A stretch of DNA of 64,000 nucleotides, from positions 160,748 to 224,747 of the IMG/VR virus record IMGVR_UViG_3300015261_000002; one strand, 5' to 3'. How positions within the stretch are numbered: the stretch's first letter is position 1; the number at the start of each line of letters is the position of its first letter. The translations under genes and the position numbers were made by a program. The notes under the pieces were generated by a model. That model saw only the letters and a list, made by a program, of their open reading frames with translations, was not told where the DNA came from and searched no databases. Positions 49,642-58,867 of the stretch are shown here, piece by piece.

Positions 49642-51663
49642 TTACATGAACGGCATGTTCATGTTGTACGCCAGGCCCAGGCCGTTGCCGTTGGCATTGT
49701 TCGAGCCAGCACCCACGAGGGTAGCCAGACCGATGCCAGGCGTCGAAGCCAGGCTGGTGTTGCGCCAGCTGCCCAGGTTGTTCGCGACGTTCAGCTGACC
49801 GATGGTGTCCATGGCTTTCGACATGGCAGCCATGAAGTCAGGCGCCCAGATGTGAGGCTGAGCCCAGCCGTTGATGTGAACCTGACCGTCGAACAGCGAC
49901 GAACCGGTTTCCACGCGCAGCTTCTGAGCACGTTGCTTGAACTCTTCGCCCTGGATGGTACCGTACATGGTCGACAGCAGGCTTTCGGCTGCGAGTTGAC
50001 CTTTCGGGCCCTTGATGTGCGAGATCATCATCTCGTCCAGTTCCTGGGTGTTGAACTTGCGACCGGCGTATTCGGCCAGGCCGTTTACCGCGATCATGCC
50101 AGTCGGGATCAGCACTGGCTTGGAAGGCGTCCAACCTTGTTGCGAGGTGACGTTCTGGCGGATGATTTCCGAGAACGCGCCCTTGGTCATGCTGTCGATG
50201 AGCGAGATCACCACCTTGATTTCTGCCGCGTTCTGGCCTTGCTTGGCCAGCTGGAAGAAGAAGTTGTTGATCGAAGCGTTCGGACCGGCCGGGATCAGGT
50301 TGATCTGGAAGGTTGCATGCGGGGAAACGTTCTGACGGATCCAGTTGTTGACCAGCTCGGTGTCCGACATCTTCTTCTCGTCGAGACGGATACGTTGCGG
50401 GTTCTGGAAGCCACCAGGGATCTGGCTTACCATTTGGTCAACACGGACTTCCAGGTCGGCCAGGTTACCGCGAGCACCCACGCTGTGACGGCGCAGAGCT
50501 TCGGACCAGACGTACTGGTTGTTCGTCGCCATCAGCGCGTACAGGCCGGTGAAGAACGGGAACAGACCGCCGTTGTTGCAGAGTTGCTCGCCGGCTTGAA
50601 CGGTGCCGACGGTGATCACTGGACGCAGAGGTTTGAAGCCCTGTGGGTAAACACCCATGCCCATTTGGTTGCCCAGGAACTGTTGCAGCGCGTTCATCTG
50701 CTCTTGCGAGCGGTGCGACATCATGAAACGCTGGTGATCTTCCCACGACACGCCGTTCAGGCTGACAGCGGCGGTAGCACGGATGATCTCTTTCGAGTTG
50801 GCCTGGAAGTTGCCGGTGTTCTGGTTGTTGTTGTTGATCGTCGAAACGATCACTTCCATGTTGTCGGCGGTCAGGGTGCCGGCCTTGCTGGTGCGGAAGC
50901 TGATAGCGCTCACACGAGCTTCGGCGCAGCCGTCTTTGCCGTACGGTTGATCAGGAGTTGCGAACGGTGCCGGAACCTGATAGCCCTTGGCAACGATTTC
51001 GCGAACGGTTTTGACCATGATCGCTTCTTCCCACTCGGAGGCGATGTAGTTCGCCTGACGGTGAGCGTAGTCTTTCGGATCGCCGGCTTCCTGATGGTTC
51101 AGGAGTTCCAGGTCGACCACGATCATGTTGATGACGCTGACGTTCTTCACGCCTTGTGCTTCGGCGACCTTGGTGTAGTGACCGGTCAGCTTTTCCAGGA
51201 ACTGGCTGTTCGGGTACTGGGCCGGGGTCAGCGGCGCCGACATTTGCTGCATGATGTTGTTGGCGTTGACGGTGATGCGCTCGACGCCGATGCTCAGGGT
51301 GCGGTTGTAGAACAGCGCGGCCATCACGTACATGGTGCCGTCGAAGATGACGTACAGACCGACGCCCGGCAGTTGAGCCGAGATGGACGGGGTCAGGCTT
51401 TCGACGGTCGGAACGATTTTGCGTTGCAGTTCGTTGGTGGTGGACTTCTTGGCGTTCTCGTAGATCGCCTCGAGTTTCTCGATGGTTTCAGCAACCTCTT
51501 TCAGGTTGCGGTTATCCGACGTCATGGACGGCAGACGAAGCAGGCCGGCGAGACCATCCAGCGGAGCCATGGTGCCCGGAGCGCCTGGAGCCTGGCTTGC
51601 GTTGGTAGGCTTTTCGTTGTCGTTCCAGGAGGTGCTTTCGGAAGAACCGGTGTTCAGTGTCAT
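49642..51663 (-). CDS. chmA: Chimallin, major phage nuclear shell protein (~673 aa)
   Basis: Start MTLNTG after AAGGA. Size, extreme codon bias, position immediately upstream of nvRNAP beta-prime N, disordered N-terminus and aromatic/hydrophobic C-terminal tail. Confidence 0.85.
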   Translation of the reverse strand: MTLNTGSSESTSWNDNEKPTNASQAPGAPGTMAPLDGLAGLLRLPSMTSDNRNLKEVAETIEKLEAIYENAKKSTTNELQRKIVPTVESLTPSISAQLPGVGLYVIFDGTMYVMAALFYNRTLSIGVERITVNANNIMQQMSAPLTPAQYPNSQFLEKLTGHYTKVAEAQGVKNVSVINMIVVDLELLNHQEAGDPKDYAHRQANYIASEWEEAIMVKTVREIVAKGYQVPAPFATPDQPYGKDGCAEARVSAISFRTSKAGTLTADNMEVIVSTINNNNQNTGNFQANSKEIIRATAAVSLNGVSWEDHQRFMMSHRSQEQMNALQQFLGNQMGMGVYPQGFKPLRPVITVGTVQAGEQLCNNGGLFPFFTGLYALMATNNQYVWSEALRRHSVGARGNLADLEVRVDQMVSQIPGGFQNPQRIRLDEKKMSDTELVNNWIRQNVSPHATFQINLIPAGPNASINNFFFQLAKQGQNAAEIKVVISLIDSMTKGAFSEIIRQNVTSQQGWTPSKPVLIPTGMIAVNGLAEYAGRKFNTQELDEMMISHIKGPKGQLAAESLLSTMYGTIQGEEFKQRAQKLRVETGSSLFDGQVHINGWAQPHIWAPDFMAAMSKAMDTIGQLNVANNLGSWRNTSLASTPGIGLATLVGAGSNNANGNGLGLAYNMNMPFM

Positions 51664-51748
51664 GAGTGTTTTCCTTTTATACGAAGATAGTCTGCTATAG
51701 CGACGTTGTTTTAACAAATGTGGAACATTTGTACTACCAACTACATGA

Positions 51749-51776
51749 GTAATATAGTCTTGAAAATTTCTTACCC
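51749..51776 (-). promoter_or_regulatory. Early promoter of chimallin
   Basis: GGGTAAGAAATTTTCAAGACTATATTAC contains TATATTAC, the reported phiKZ early-promoter core. Confidence 0.65.
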
Positions 51777-51969
51777 CAGCAGAAACCATCCCGCTTTTCA
51801 GCAGGGATGATATAGAGTAGTCGCTTTCAAAGCTGTATTACAAATTCTCAAATTGCGCAATGGTCCCCAGTAGGAGATCTTCTCCTGATGTGACTTGTTC
51901 ACATAAGATAGAGAATTCCAGTGAGACTTTATTTTAAACATCCCTCCCCATTTTTCTCGGACAGCCATT

Positions 51970-53073
51970 ATGACTATCTTCACCTATCCAGCTGAGGACA
52001 TCAGCCGGAAGTACCCCCGTAGCAATTTCGGTGATATGGGGAACCTGCATCGCGTTACCGAATTCAACCGAAAGGATTACCGGGCCTACGTGGACCGCGC
52101 TTCCTTCCACCTTGAAGATCAACATACCCTCGTGGGTCTTCTGCGCCATTTGGCGGTCGACCCTGAGTGGAGCTTGCAGGAGGTTGTAGATAATACACGC
52201 TTCCGTGCTAATTCACTGTGCACGGTTTACCGCATCACTTCGATCAACCGAATCGGCTTTGCAGAGCCCAATGGACTCTACCGTCGTAACGTCAGGGAGC
52301 ACTGGGTACTCCTCGATGGTCCTACCGACTATAACGAAGCGACCTTGAAGCTGGACGATCTGAGAGCGGTTATCCCGCTGTACTCAACAGTATTGGATCG
52401 TGGGTACAAACATACCGTCGAGAAGAACCAAACCATTCGCAATGATATCACAGATGTGGCGATCATTGGTTTGGACATGGTCGCTTTGGCGGTAGGCTGG
52501 TGGTTGTTTATGCGTGAGAAACGTGAGGCTAATACAGGCATTGCGTCCTACGTCTGTCTGTACCCGCTCTACCACGCTACCCTCTACCAAAACCAACTGT
52601 CGGTGATAAACATCCTCTACGAGTTCTTTGTAAAGGAACAAGATCTCAACGACCTGATCAAGACGGAGACGGTTAAGTTCACCACGTTGAATGAGGAGAA
52701 GCTGTTCAGAAAGTACATGCTCTTCCTTATAGACACCTTGACTGACCGTCGTCTGCAAGATGTGTGGATGATGCTGAAGCAGATCGATAGCCTGTATCGT
52801 GTCTCCTACACGAACTACGTCGATCCCCATGACCAGGCGCTCTATGCTCAAACCGCTTGGGCGTTCGAACCGGCCATGCTGAAGGTGTCTGCGATCTACC
52901 TGTCTATCGGTAACCGCATGAAGTACAAGTGCACCGACATTAACGTTGATTTCGATCGGCTCTATCGTCAGATCGCCTATCGTCAAAAGAACATCCCTGA
53001 AGTGTTCTTTCGGAAGCATTTGGGAGATTTGCTTGAAGAAGTAAAAATCCTGAATGACATCAATTTTCGTTAA
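51970..53073 (+). CDS. Conserved hypothetical, probable virion protein (367 aa)
   Basis: Divergent from chimallin, as in phiKZ-like genomes (synteny inference). Confidence 0.5.
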   Translation: MTIFTYPAEDISRKYPRSNFGDMGNLHRVTEFNRKDYRAYVDRASFHLEDQHTLVGLLRHLAVDPEWSLQEVVDNTRFRANSLCTVYRITSINRIGFAEPNGLYRRNVREHWVLLDGPTDYNEATLKLDDLRAVIPLYSTVLDRGYKHTVEKNQTIRNDITDVAIIGLDMVALAVGWWLFMREKREANTGIASYVCLYPLYHATLYQNQLSVINILYEFFVKEQDLNDLIKTETVKFTTLNEEKLFRKYMLFLIDTLTDRRLQDVWMMLKQIDSLYRVSYTNYVDPHDQALYAQTAWAFEPAMLKVSAIYLSIGNRMKYKCTDINVDFDRLYRQIAYRQKNIPEVFFRKHLGDLLEEVKILNDINFR

Positions 53074-53163
53074 AAAGTAATACTACGGGAGGAGACTTAA
53101 CGGTCCAACCGACGAAGTGCTCCCATATTTCATCTAAATATTTAAAAATTAGTAAAAAGACTA

Positions 53164-53199
53164 TACCTCTACTAGCCCCGCAAAGGGCTAGTAGAGGTA
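53164..53199. terminator. Perfect 15-bp hairpin between convergent genes
   Basis: tacctctactagccc-cgcaaa-gggctagtagaggta. Confidence 0.75.
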
Positions 53200-53212
53200 G
53201 GTCGAATTCACG

Positions 53213-53602
53213 CTATTCTTCTGGTCGAATTACGGTGGTTCGGTAAATGTCCAGGGACGCTAGTCGCCTGTCGATCTTCGCCTTGATTTCCTCGAAGCTC
53301 TGCTTAGCCCGTTGGAACTCGTTGTACTGAAATTTCTTTCGGTATTCGATTGTGTCCACAACAAACTGAAGTCGATTGGTCGTGGTCTTCAAGAAGAAGG
53401 ATCGGAACCAGCCTTTCCAACCCTTTACCTTTTGTTTATGCTTCTCCAGAACTACCTTTGCGTCAGCCAGCTCTTTGACCGTTTCCAGGTAAGTGTCAAA
53501 GTATTGGGTAACGATCGCCCAAGACTCATCCAGTTTCTTGATCTCATGCCCAGGTCGGTACTTCTTTCTTCTGGCTTCCGCCAGTGAGTGCACAGTACCC
53601 AT
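53213..53602 (-). CDS. Hypothetical coiled-coil protein (~129 aa)
   Basis: TAATG overlap at 53602. Confidence 0.45.
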   Translation of the reverse strand: MGTVHSLAEARRKKYRPGHEIKKLDESWAIVTQYFDTYLETVKELADAKVVLEKHKQKVKGWKGWFRSFFLKTTTNRLQFVVDTIEYRKKFQYNEFQRAKQSFEEIKAKIDRRLASLDIYRTTVIRPEE

Positions 53603-53955
53603 TATTCCTTCCACTCTTTGCCGACAAGGAAATGCCAGGCGGCGCTGTCTTCATCCAGCTCTATGGATCGCACAAACTCATGGCCTCCGTGAAATGGACG
53701 TTCGATGCTGTACAATCTTGAGTCCGGATCGTGTAACAGTCTGTGTTGAACGCCATTAACGTCGTCGACGTAGATAGGGACATGGGTTCCTTTATTGAAA
53801 GGAGTAACACCCTTTAACGTACATTCGAGATACAGCACTTGCTTCTTGCGGTTTTCTGGATCGGTGTCCGGTACTGGTTCGCCCAGGCCATTTGGAACAC
53901 ACCCCGGCAGGTCCACGTAAAAACCATGCGGACCTGCTTTAATCGTAATAGACAT
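53602..53955 (-). CDS. Hypothetical protein (~117 aa)
   Basis: Follows the DNA polymerase gene with a GAGG RBS. Confidence 0.45.
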   Translation of the reverse strand: MSITIKAGPHGFYVDLPGCVPNGLGEPVPDTDPENRKKQVLYLECTLKGVTPFNKGTHVPIYVDDVNGVQHRLLHDPDSRLYSIERPFHGGHEFVRSIELDEDSAAWHFLVGKEWKE

Positions 53956-53962
53956 GTTCACC

Positions 53963-56047
53963 TCAATGCTCGTCAGATACGAGACGGGTTACTTTTGCGT
54001 TCATGATGTACAAGCCCAACGATTCAAGGATCGCATAAATGGACTTGAAGTTCTGGGAGATCAACAGACGCATATCCACAATTGGAAGGATCTCTTTCGG
54101 GATACCACCAATCGATTCAATCATGTCTGCTGGGATGTACACCGCCGACATACCACCGCGGGCTTCGATATACGCATTCATGCGTTTAGCGACGTCAGTG
54201 TCCCCGTAAGCTTCCATGTAGCGTTTCATCTTTGACTTGTTGTCAGTCGTAACGTTCACCTTGTACGCACGGTATGGCAGCTCCGGGGCTTCACCGTAGG
54301 TATCGGCAAACACCTGCTTCCACATCTCGTGGTAGAAGTAGATCGACGACTCAGCATTGCTGTAGGCCGACTCTTCTTTGATGCCGTTCTTAACCAACCA
54401 GCTCCAGCCACCTTGCTCCAGCTCTTCAAAGAGTGCACGTTCCAGATCCCCAACCCCTTTAAGCAGAGATGGTGCATCTAGCTGCTGTTTGTTGTAGATG
54501 GCATTGAGTACGTCTCGCATGAGCTTGTTCGTAAAGTCACGAACCTTCTGTGCGATCTTGATACCCCTGAGGTGGACGCCCTTAAGCTCCAACTTAGGAT
54601 CGTCGTACATAATGCCTTCGAGCATCAACTGCAACGCGTAATAGTGTTTCGACATGGACGTGGTCACGTACGAACTGAAGAGGTATTCGTTCTTCATGTT
54701 CAGACGGTAGCGGAACTTCCGCGCTACGTTCATGTTTGTACTCAAGCGTGCGTGCTGGTCAACTGCCACACAACGAATGAAGTACGTCAATACACCGTTA
54801 AACGCCAGCGCGTCTTTCTGATCCGTGATGAAGTCGTCAATGACGGCGTCGATCGAATAGATCATGGAGTCCGTGTCAGAGGTTACTACGTTTTCACGCA
54901 CCAACTCTTTAACGTTGAAGATACCGGTCGGTGGAATGTCCGCCTTGAGGAATGCTTCGATGAAGTCACGCCATTTAACTTCCAGGCTGACGTGGTAGGC
55001 GTTGAGATACGCCGACTGTTCTGCACTGGCCCCTTTACCCAGCTTCGTGGTGCAGAGTGTCTTGTAGTCGTCGTTAGCCGCCTTGATGGTGGTAACGTTT
55101 TCAAACGACGCAGGCATCTCAGGAACAACACACCATTCATCGAAGAACCGTCTAACCAACTCTTTGTTGGTGGTGTACAGACCACGAAGGTCCATCGTGC
55201 AGAGGATGATGGTCAGCTCTAGCGGCGACAGGTTTTCCATAAACGTACGGATAGCTGCAATGCCGGTAGGGTTGTTCCAGTAATACGACGAGCAACGCTT
55301 AACCATGTCCATGACTTGATCAATGGTCGCATAGTTCATCTGGTACTTGTCGATGACCGCTTGAATCTTGTCGCGCTTAGCAAACGCCAGGGTACTGATA
55401 AACAGTTCCATGGAGCTGTTGAAACTGAGGAGCAACCGGTTACCTGTAATCAACCGCTCGTTCAACAGGTTAGCGGTGGAGGTCAGGCTACGGCAGATCG
55501 AAGTCAGCGTGGTGTGACCCGACTTGTTCGTCAGCGGAGTACCCGACGACGAGAACGCACCCGATTGGGCGTTGTTAAAGATCTTCAGTGCTTTCTGGAT
55601 TTCGTCGAAGGCTTGGGTGGCTTCTTTATCGCCAATCGAGATGGCTTCCTTCATCTTGCCTTTATAGAGGCGACGGAATTCAATAAAGGTTTCAGTACCA
55701 ATCGAATTAATCGACTGTTCCTGGTTCGTGTGGGTATACGCCACAAACGAAGGGGACAAGTGCCAGTTGTTATCCTGGACTGTCTTGAAGAACTCCAGCG
55801 CTGGCATGATGTCTGGGACACGGTCGCCGTACTTGTTCTTCTTGAATACTTTGAACTTGGCTTCCTTATAGCCGTTCTGGTTTGGTACAAAGACTTTCTC
55901 AACCAACTCAAGGACTGTGTTGTAATCCCACTTGTAAATCGCCGTTAGATAAGCGGCAGCCATGTAGTGGTAGTTCTTGAGAAGGTCGCGGTTTGGTTTG
56001 TAATCCTCTTCTAAGAAGGGAGAGAGGTGTTGGGCCGCAGCAGTCAT
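53963..56047 (-). CDS. Split family-B DNA polymerase, C-terminal catalytic part (phiKZ gp50-like)
   Basis: Motif B ALKIFNNAQSG, motif C TSDTDSMIY, KHYY, LELKGVHL. Confidence 0.85.
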   Translation of the reverse strand: MTAAAQHLSPFLEEDYKPNRDLLKNYHYMAAAYLTAIYKWDYNTVLELVEKVFVPNQNGYKEAKFKVFKKNKYGDRVPDIMPALEFFKTVQDNNWHLSPSFVAYTHTNQEQSINSIGTETFIEFRRLYKGKMKEAISIGDKEATQAFDEIQKALKIFNNAQSGAFSSSGTPLTNKSGHTTLTSICRSLTSTANLLNERLITGNRLLLSFNSSMELFISTLAFAKRDKIQAVIDKYQMNYATIDQVMDMVKRCSSYYWNNPTGIAAIRTFMENLSPLELTIILCTMDLRGLYTTNKELVRRFFDEWCVVPEMPASFENVTTIKAANDDYKTLCTTKLGKGASAEQSAYLNAYHVSLEVKWRDFIEAFLKADIPPTGIFNVKELVRENVVTSDTDSMIYSIDAVIDDFITDQKDALAFNGVLTYFIRCVAVDQHARLSTNMNVARKFRYRLNMKNEYLFSSYVTTSMSKHYYALQLMLEGIMYDDPKLELKGVHLRGIKIAQKVRDFTNKLMRDVLNAIYNKQQLDAPSLLKGVGDLERALFEELEQGGWSWLVKNGIKEESAYSNAESSIYFYHEMWKQVFADTYGEAPELPYRAYKVNVTTDNKSKMKRYMEAYGDTDVAKRMNAYIEARGGMSAVYIPADMIESIGGIPKEILPIVDMRLLISQNFKSIYAILESLGLYIMNAKVTRLVSDEH

Positions 56048-56114
56048 CAGGATAATACTCTCTGAATAAGCACAATAAGTGAAAAAGAAAAATCAGATTG
56101 CAAAAAAGAAAAGG

Positions 56115-56151
56115 GTCACTACACTCCCCTATTGATGAGGAATGTAGTGAC
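56115..56151 (-). terminator. Imperfect hairpin terminator
   Basis: gtcactaca...tgtagtgac followed by TTTTCTTTTTT on the minus strand. Confidence 0.5.
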
Positions 56152-56160
56152 AGTTTACCC

Positions 56161-56574
56161 TTACTTGTCGAACACCGTGAGCGTGTAGGCTGCGCCGAGA
56201 CTCTGCATGAAGGTAGCCAGAGGAGCCCGGAAGTCTTCACGCCAGTTGGTGCAGACGATGTTCGCATTACGGCCGTCGATGAGCTGGAAGGTTGAGTCGT
56301 TGATCCAGGGAATCCCGACAATCTCCAGCTTATCATTCCGACCGATAAGCGCCAGGTAACCGTAGGTGCTTGGGTCGTCAACGTTTTGAACCTTGTCCTT
56401 GAAATACGGGAACAGGTTTTTGTGCTTGATAGCCAGCTGAGGGTCGATCAGCCGAGCTGTCGAATACTGCATCAGACCGTCGACCTTTACGTCTACACGG
56501 TCACCCCCGTTGATGCCGTTTTTGACCAGCTGAAATGAAACGATGTCACCACGTGAAGGATTCGGGGTTGCCAT
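56161..56574 (-). CDS. Conserved hypothetical beta-rich protein (~137 aa)
   Basis: Start MATPNPS after GGAGA. Confidence 0.55.
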   Translation of the reverse strand: MATPNPSRGDIVSFQLVKNGINGGDRVDVKVDGLMQYSTARLIDPQLAIKHKNLFPYFKDKVQNVDDPSTYGYLALIGRNDKLEIVGIPWINDSTFQLIDGRNANIVCTNWREDFRAPLATFMQSLGAAYTLTVFDK

Positions 56575-56905
56575 ACGGGAGGTCTCCTTGAGATTCAAGT
56601 TCGATAATAACGAGCGGAAGCTTCAAAGGATGGCCGTTCCGAATAACTACCGTACCAGGCGTGCTGGTCACGTGCATGTTTTTAACCGATCCATGGATGT
56701 GGTGTTTGAACAAGATGTCTGTCAGCACTGTGTCCTCGCAACACTCACCGTCTTCCATGATGGCTTCCACATGATCAATCAATACATTCTTCGACATCTG
56801 AAAATCAAATGGTGCCGCTGGCCAGTCTATGCAGTCCATCGCATAAGACGCTAACAAATGGTCGGCCAGTTCTTCGTAATCAATCGGTAGTATGCGTTTC
56901 CACAT
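56546..56905 (-). CDS. Small acidic hypothetical protein
   Basis: AGAG RBS; member of the small-ORF run. Confidence 0.45.
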   Translation of the reverse strand: MWKRILPIDYEELADHLLASYAMDCIDWPAAPFDFQMSKNVLIDHVEAIMEDGECCEDTVLTDILFKHHIHGSVKNMHVTSTPGTVVIRNGHPLKLPLVIIELESQGDLPYGNPESFTW

Positions 56906-56915
56906 GATGTTCTCT

Positions 56916-57227
56916 TTATGCTGAGGACGGTACCTGGTACGTGAAGGTGAACGTCGCCGTACTGTTACCTGTCGTTAAGTTGGTGCACTGGACAGACCCG
57001 TAGATGTTTTTCAGGTCTTGCAGTTGACGGAAGAACTCAAAGAATGCCGTGGTCAGTTGCTTTTGGCATTCATCGATTGGGTGGGTGAACGCCTCACAGG
57101 TTTCGAACATGTCGAGCCCGTGTGGAATTTGCATTGAGTCCATAAGGTTGCGATGCACGCCGATGAACTGGGGCACATCAGTGTTCGGGGGGATCATTAC
57201 GGTGTGTGTAATGGTTTTGGTACTCAT
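56916..57227 (-). CDS. Small hypothetical protein
   Basis: Start MSTKTITH after GGAAG. Confidence 0.45.
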   Translation of the reverse strand: MSTKTITHTVMIPPNTDVPQFIGVHRNLMDSMQIPHGLDMFETCEAFTHPIDECQKQLTTAFFEFFRQLQDLKNIYGSVQCTNLTTGNSTATFTFTYQVPSSA

Positions 57228-57546
57228 CGTCAACTTCCAGTAAAATGATGTGAGGGTGGACTGCGTAACGTTGCAGGTAACCGGTTGCAGCCACCCGCCG
57301 GAATTGCATGCCTACGTCAACAAGTATCTCTAAAGCGTCCAGGATAAGGATCTGGGCATGCAGCGGGTCCAGATCCATTTCGGTGCGAATGAACTCAGCC
57401 ACCACTCCTGGAATATACGGTTCTTCGTTAAACCTGCACACGCCCATCAGCAGTGCGATCAGGTTACAGGTCTCATTGGGATGAAACCCACGGCTACCAA
57501 AGGCCGTCGGAATGCAGCCCAGGGCCAAGCCATACGTCTTGCTCAT
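57178..57546 (-). CDS. Small hypothetical protein
   Basis: Start MSKTYG after GGAG. Confidence 0.45.
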   Translation of the reverse strand: MSKTYGLALGCIPTAFGSRGFHPNETCNLIALLMGVCRFNEEPYIPGVVAEFIRTEMDLDPLHAQILILDALEILVDVGMQFRRVAATGYLQRYAVHPHIILLEVDDEYQNHYTHRNDPPEH

Positions 57547-57991
57547 CGCCGCACTCCTGCTCGTCAAAGGTATCAGTTGCTAGAGGCTCGTAATCCCTGA
57601 CGTCCATGTAAACCAACAAATCACCGTTTGCGAGGATCTGGTATACAAAAGGATGATCCGGTGACGTTTTATTGGTGATGTTGCCCATCTGGTGCGTGAT
57701 GTGGGACATGATCTTGTCGAGCTCGAGTTCCAGATCGTCCGCATACAGGTAGCGGCGTGCAGCCTTCTGATTGTAGCGACAGTCGTTAAGGTTCTTGCCC
57801 TTGAGGAACATGAGTTGCTCAATGCCCATCTCAAGCACACCCCAAGCCATCTCTTTAGAAAGATGGGGAACGTAATCATTGCTGAGGGAAGATATCTCGC
57901 TCAAAAGGTTCTCTAACAGCTGTCGGTTGTCGATCTGAAAGCTGCGGAGTTCGCCGAATACTCCGACGCTCAACAGTTTCAAGGAATTCAT
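57494..57991 (-). CDS. Small acidic hypothetical protein
   Basis: Start MNSLK after GGAGG. Confidence 0.45.
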   Translation of the reverse strand: MNSLKLLSVGVFGELRSFQIDNRQLLENLLSEISSLSNDYVPHLSKEMAWGVLEMGIEQLMFLKGKNLNDCRYNQKAARRYLYADDLELELDKIMSHITHQMGNITNKTSPDHPFVYQILANGDLLVYMDVRDYEPLATDTFDEQECGDEQDVWLGPGLHSDGLW

Positions 57992-58427
57992 TGATCGCCT
58001 CCGGACTTGGGTTTTCACTGATGGTGTCGCCAGTGACCTTGGAACGCACAGTGCGTGTAACCTTAGGTTTGGCATTTGCTCTCAACGTAGCATCCAAGTC
58101 CATTTCGATGTGAGCTTGGTGAAACCCGTGTGAGATCTTCTTGAAATCGACCTTCACCTTCAATCGTGGATCCCACGAACGACGGCGCATTTCCTTTTGT
58201 AGCTTTTGCTTGAGCTCAACCATCACAAGGTCAGGCGTCAGCATGTCGTAATGTTCTTCGTATACATTCCCCAGGTGATCCAAAAGCTCTTCTTCACGCC
58301 GTGGATGATTGATCATCTCTACTACGGCTTCCAGCATTCGCACAGCAATTGATTCCCGCACTCCAGGAGAATCGTCCTTATCCATTACCAAACTGTTGCC
58401 CAAGTTTAGTACATCGAATCTGATCAC
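57876..58427 (-). CDS. Hypothetical protein (183 aa)
   Basis: GTG start after AAAGGGG. Confidence 0.5.
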   Translation of the reverse strand: MIRFDVLNLGNSLVMDKDDSPGVRESIAVRMLEAVVEMINHPRREEELLDHLGNVYEEHYDMLTPDLVMVELKQKLQKEMRRRSWDPRLKVKVDFKKISHGFHQAHIEMDLDATLRANAKPKVTRTVRSKVTGDTISENPSPEAINEFLETVERRSIRRTPQLSDRQPTAVREPFERDIFPQQ

Positions 58428-58438
58428 TGCTTGCCCCT

Positions 58439-58801
58439 TTAGTATTTCAGTGTAACCAGAACTTGTTGCCGGAGCTTACCGAAAGTCTGCATTTTAACCA
58501 CAGCGTCCCTAGGTACCCCCAACAGCTTGCTAGCCACCTGATCCCTTAACGCGTTGATATCATTTCCCCAGATCCGGTGATAGGGCCTGGGGGTCTCGAA
58601 TGAATTGAATCCCTCGTCGACGAGTATGGCATGCAGATCAATCGTGGATATAGCACGATTTAAGCAACGTTTATCTGCACCCACTGGTACGTCCAGGGTA
58701 TAGGATTTTAAATCCAGAGAGAAGCTCTTAGACACCTTCCTGACCCCTATATAAAAACCATGCCTCATAGTAATGAAGACGGCTGTGTAAAAAGATATCA
58801 A
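58439..58801 (-). CDS. Hypothetical protein (start uncertain; alternative ATG at 58768)
   Basis: First ORF after the phuZ terminator. Confidence 0.4.
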   Translation of the reverse strand: MISFYTAVFITMRHGFYIGVRKVSKSFSLDLKSYTLDVPVGADKRCLNRAISTIDLHAILVDEGFNSFETPRPYHRIWGNDINALRDQVASKLLGVPRDAVVKMQTFGKLRQQVLVTLKY

Positions 58802-58822
58802 AAAACAACATAGCAGCTATAA

Positions 58823-58848
58823 GGTACCGAGGATCTCTCCCCGGTACC
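58823..58848 (-). terminator. Imperfect hairpin followed by TTATAGCTGCT after phuZ
   Basis: ggtaccg...cggtacc, then TTATAGCTGCTATGTTGTTTTT. Confidence 0.55.
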
Positions 58849-58867
58849 CTACAGTAGCTAAGTGGCT

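Noticed and set aside
49435-51690. Long plus-strand ORFs opposite real genes (also 4597..6279, 36055..38118, 38560..40785, 25368..26759, 47925..49505)
   Set aside because: These are antisense shadow frames produced by strong codon bias of the minus-strand genes. They have no RBS, no motifs and unnatural composition.
53602-53955. GFYVDLPGC resembles the HicB antitoxin N-terminal motif
   Set aside because: The following helix pattern (T-x-EEA) is missing and there is no HicA-like neighbour.
57876-58075. Possible frameshift fusion between the overlapping 183-aa and downstream ORFs
   Set aside because: The frames are in a +1 relation, no slippery sequence is present, and the downstream ATG has a strong GGAGG RBS.
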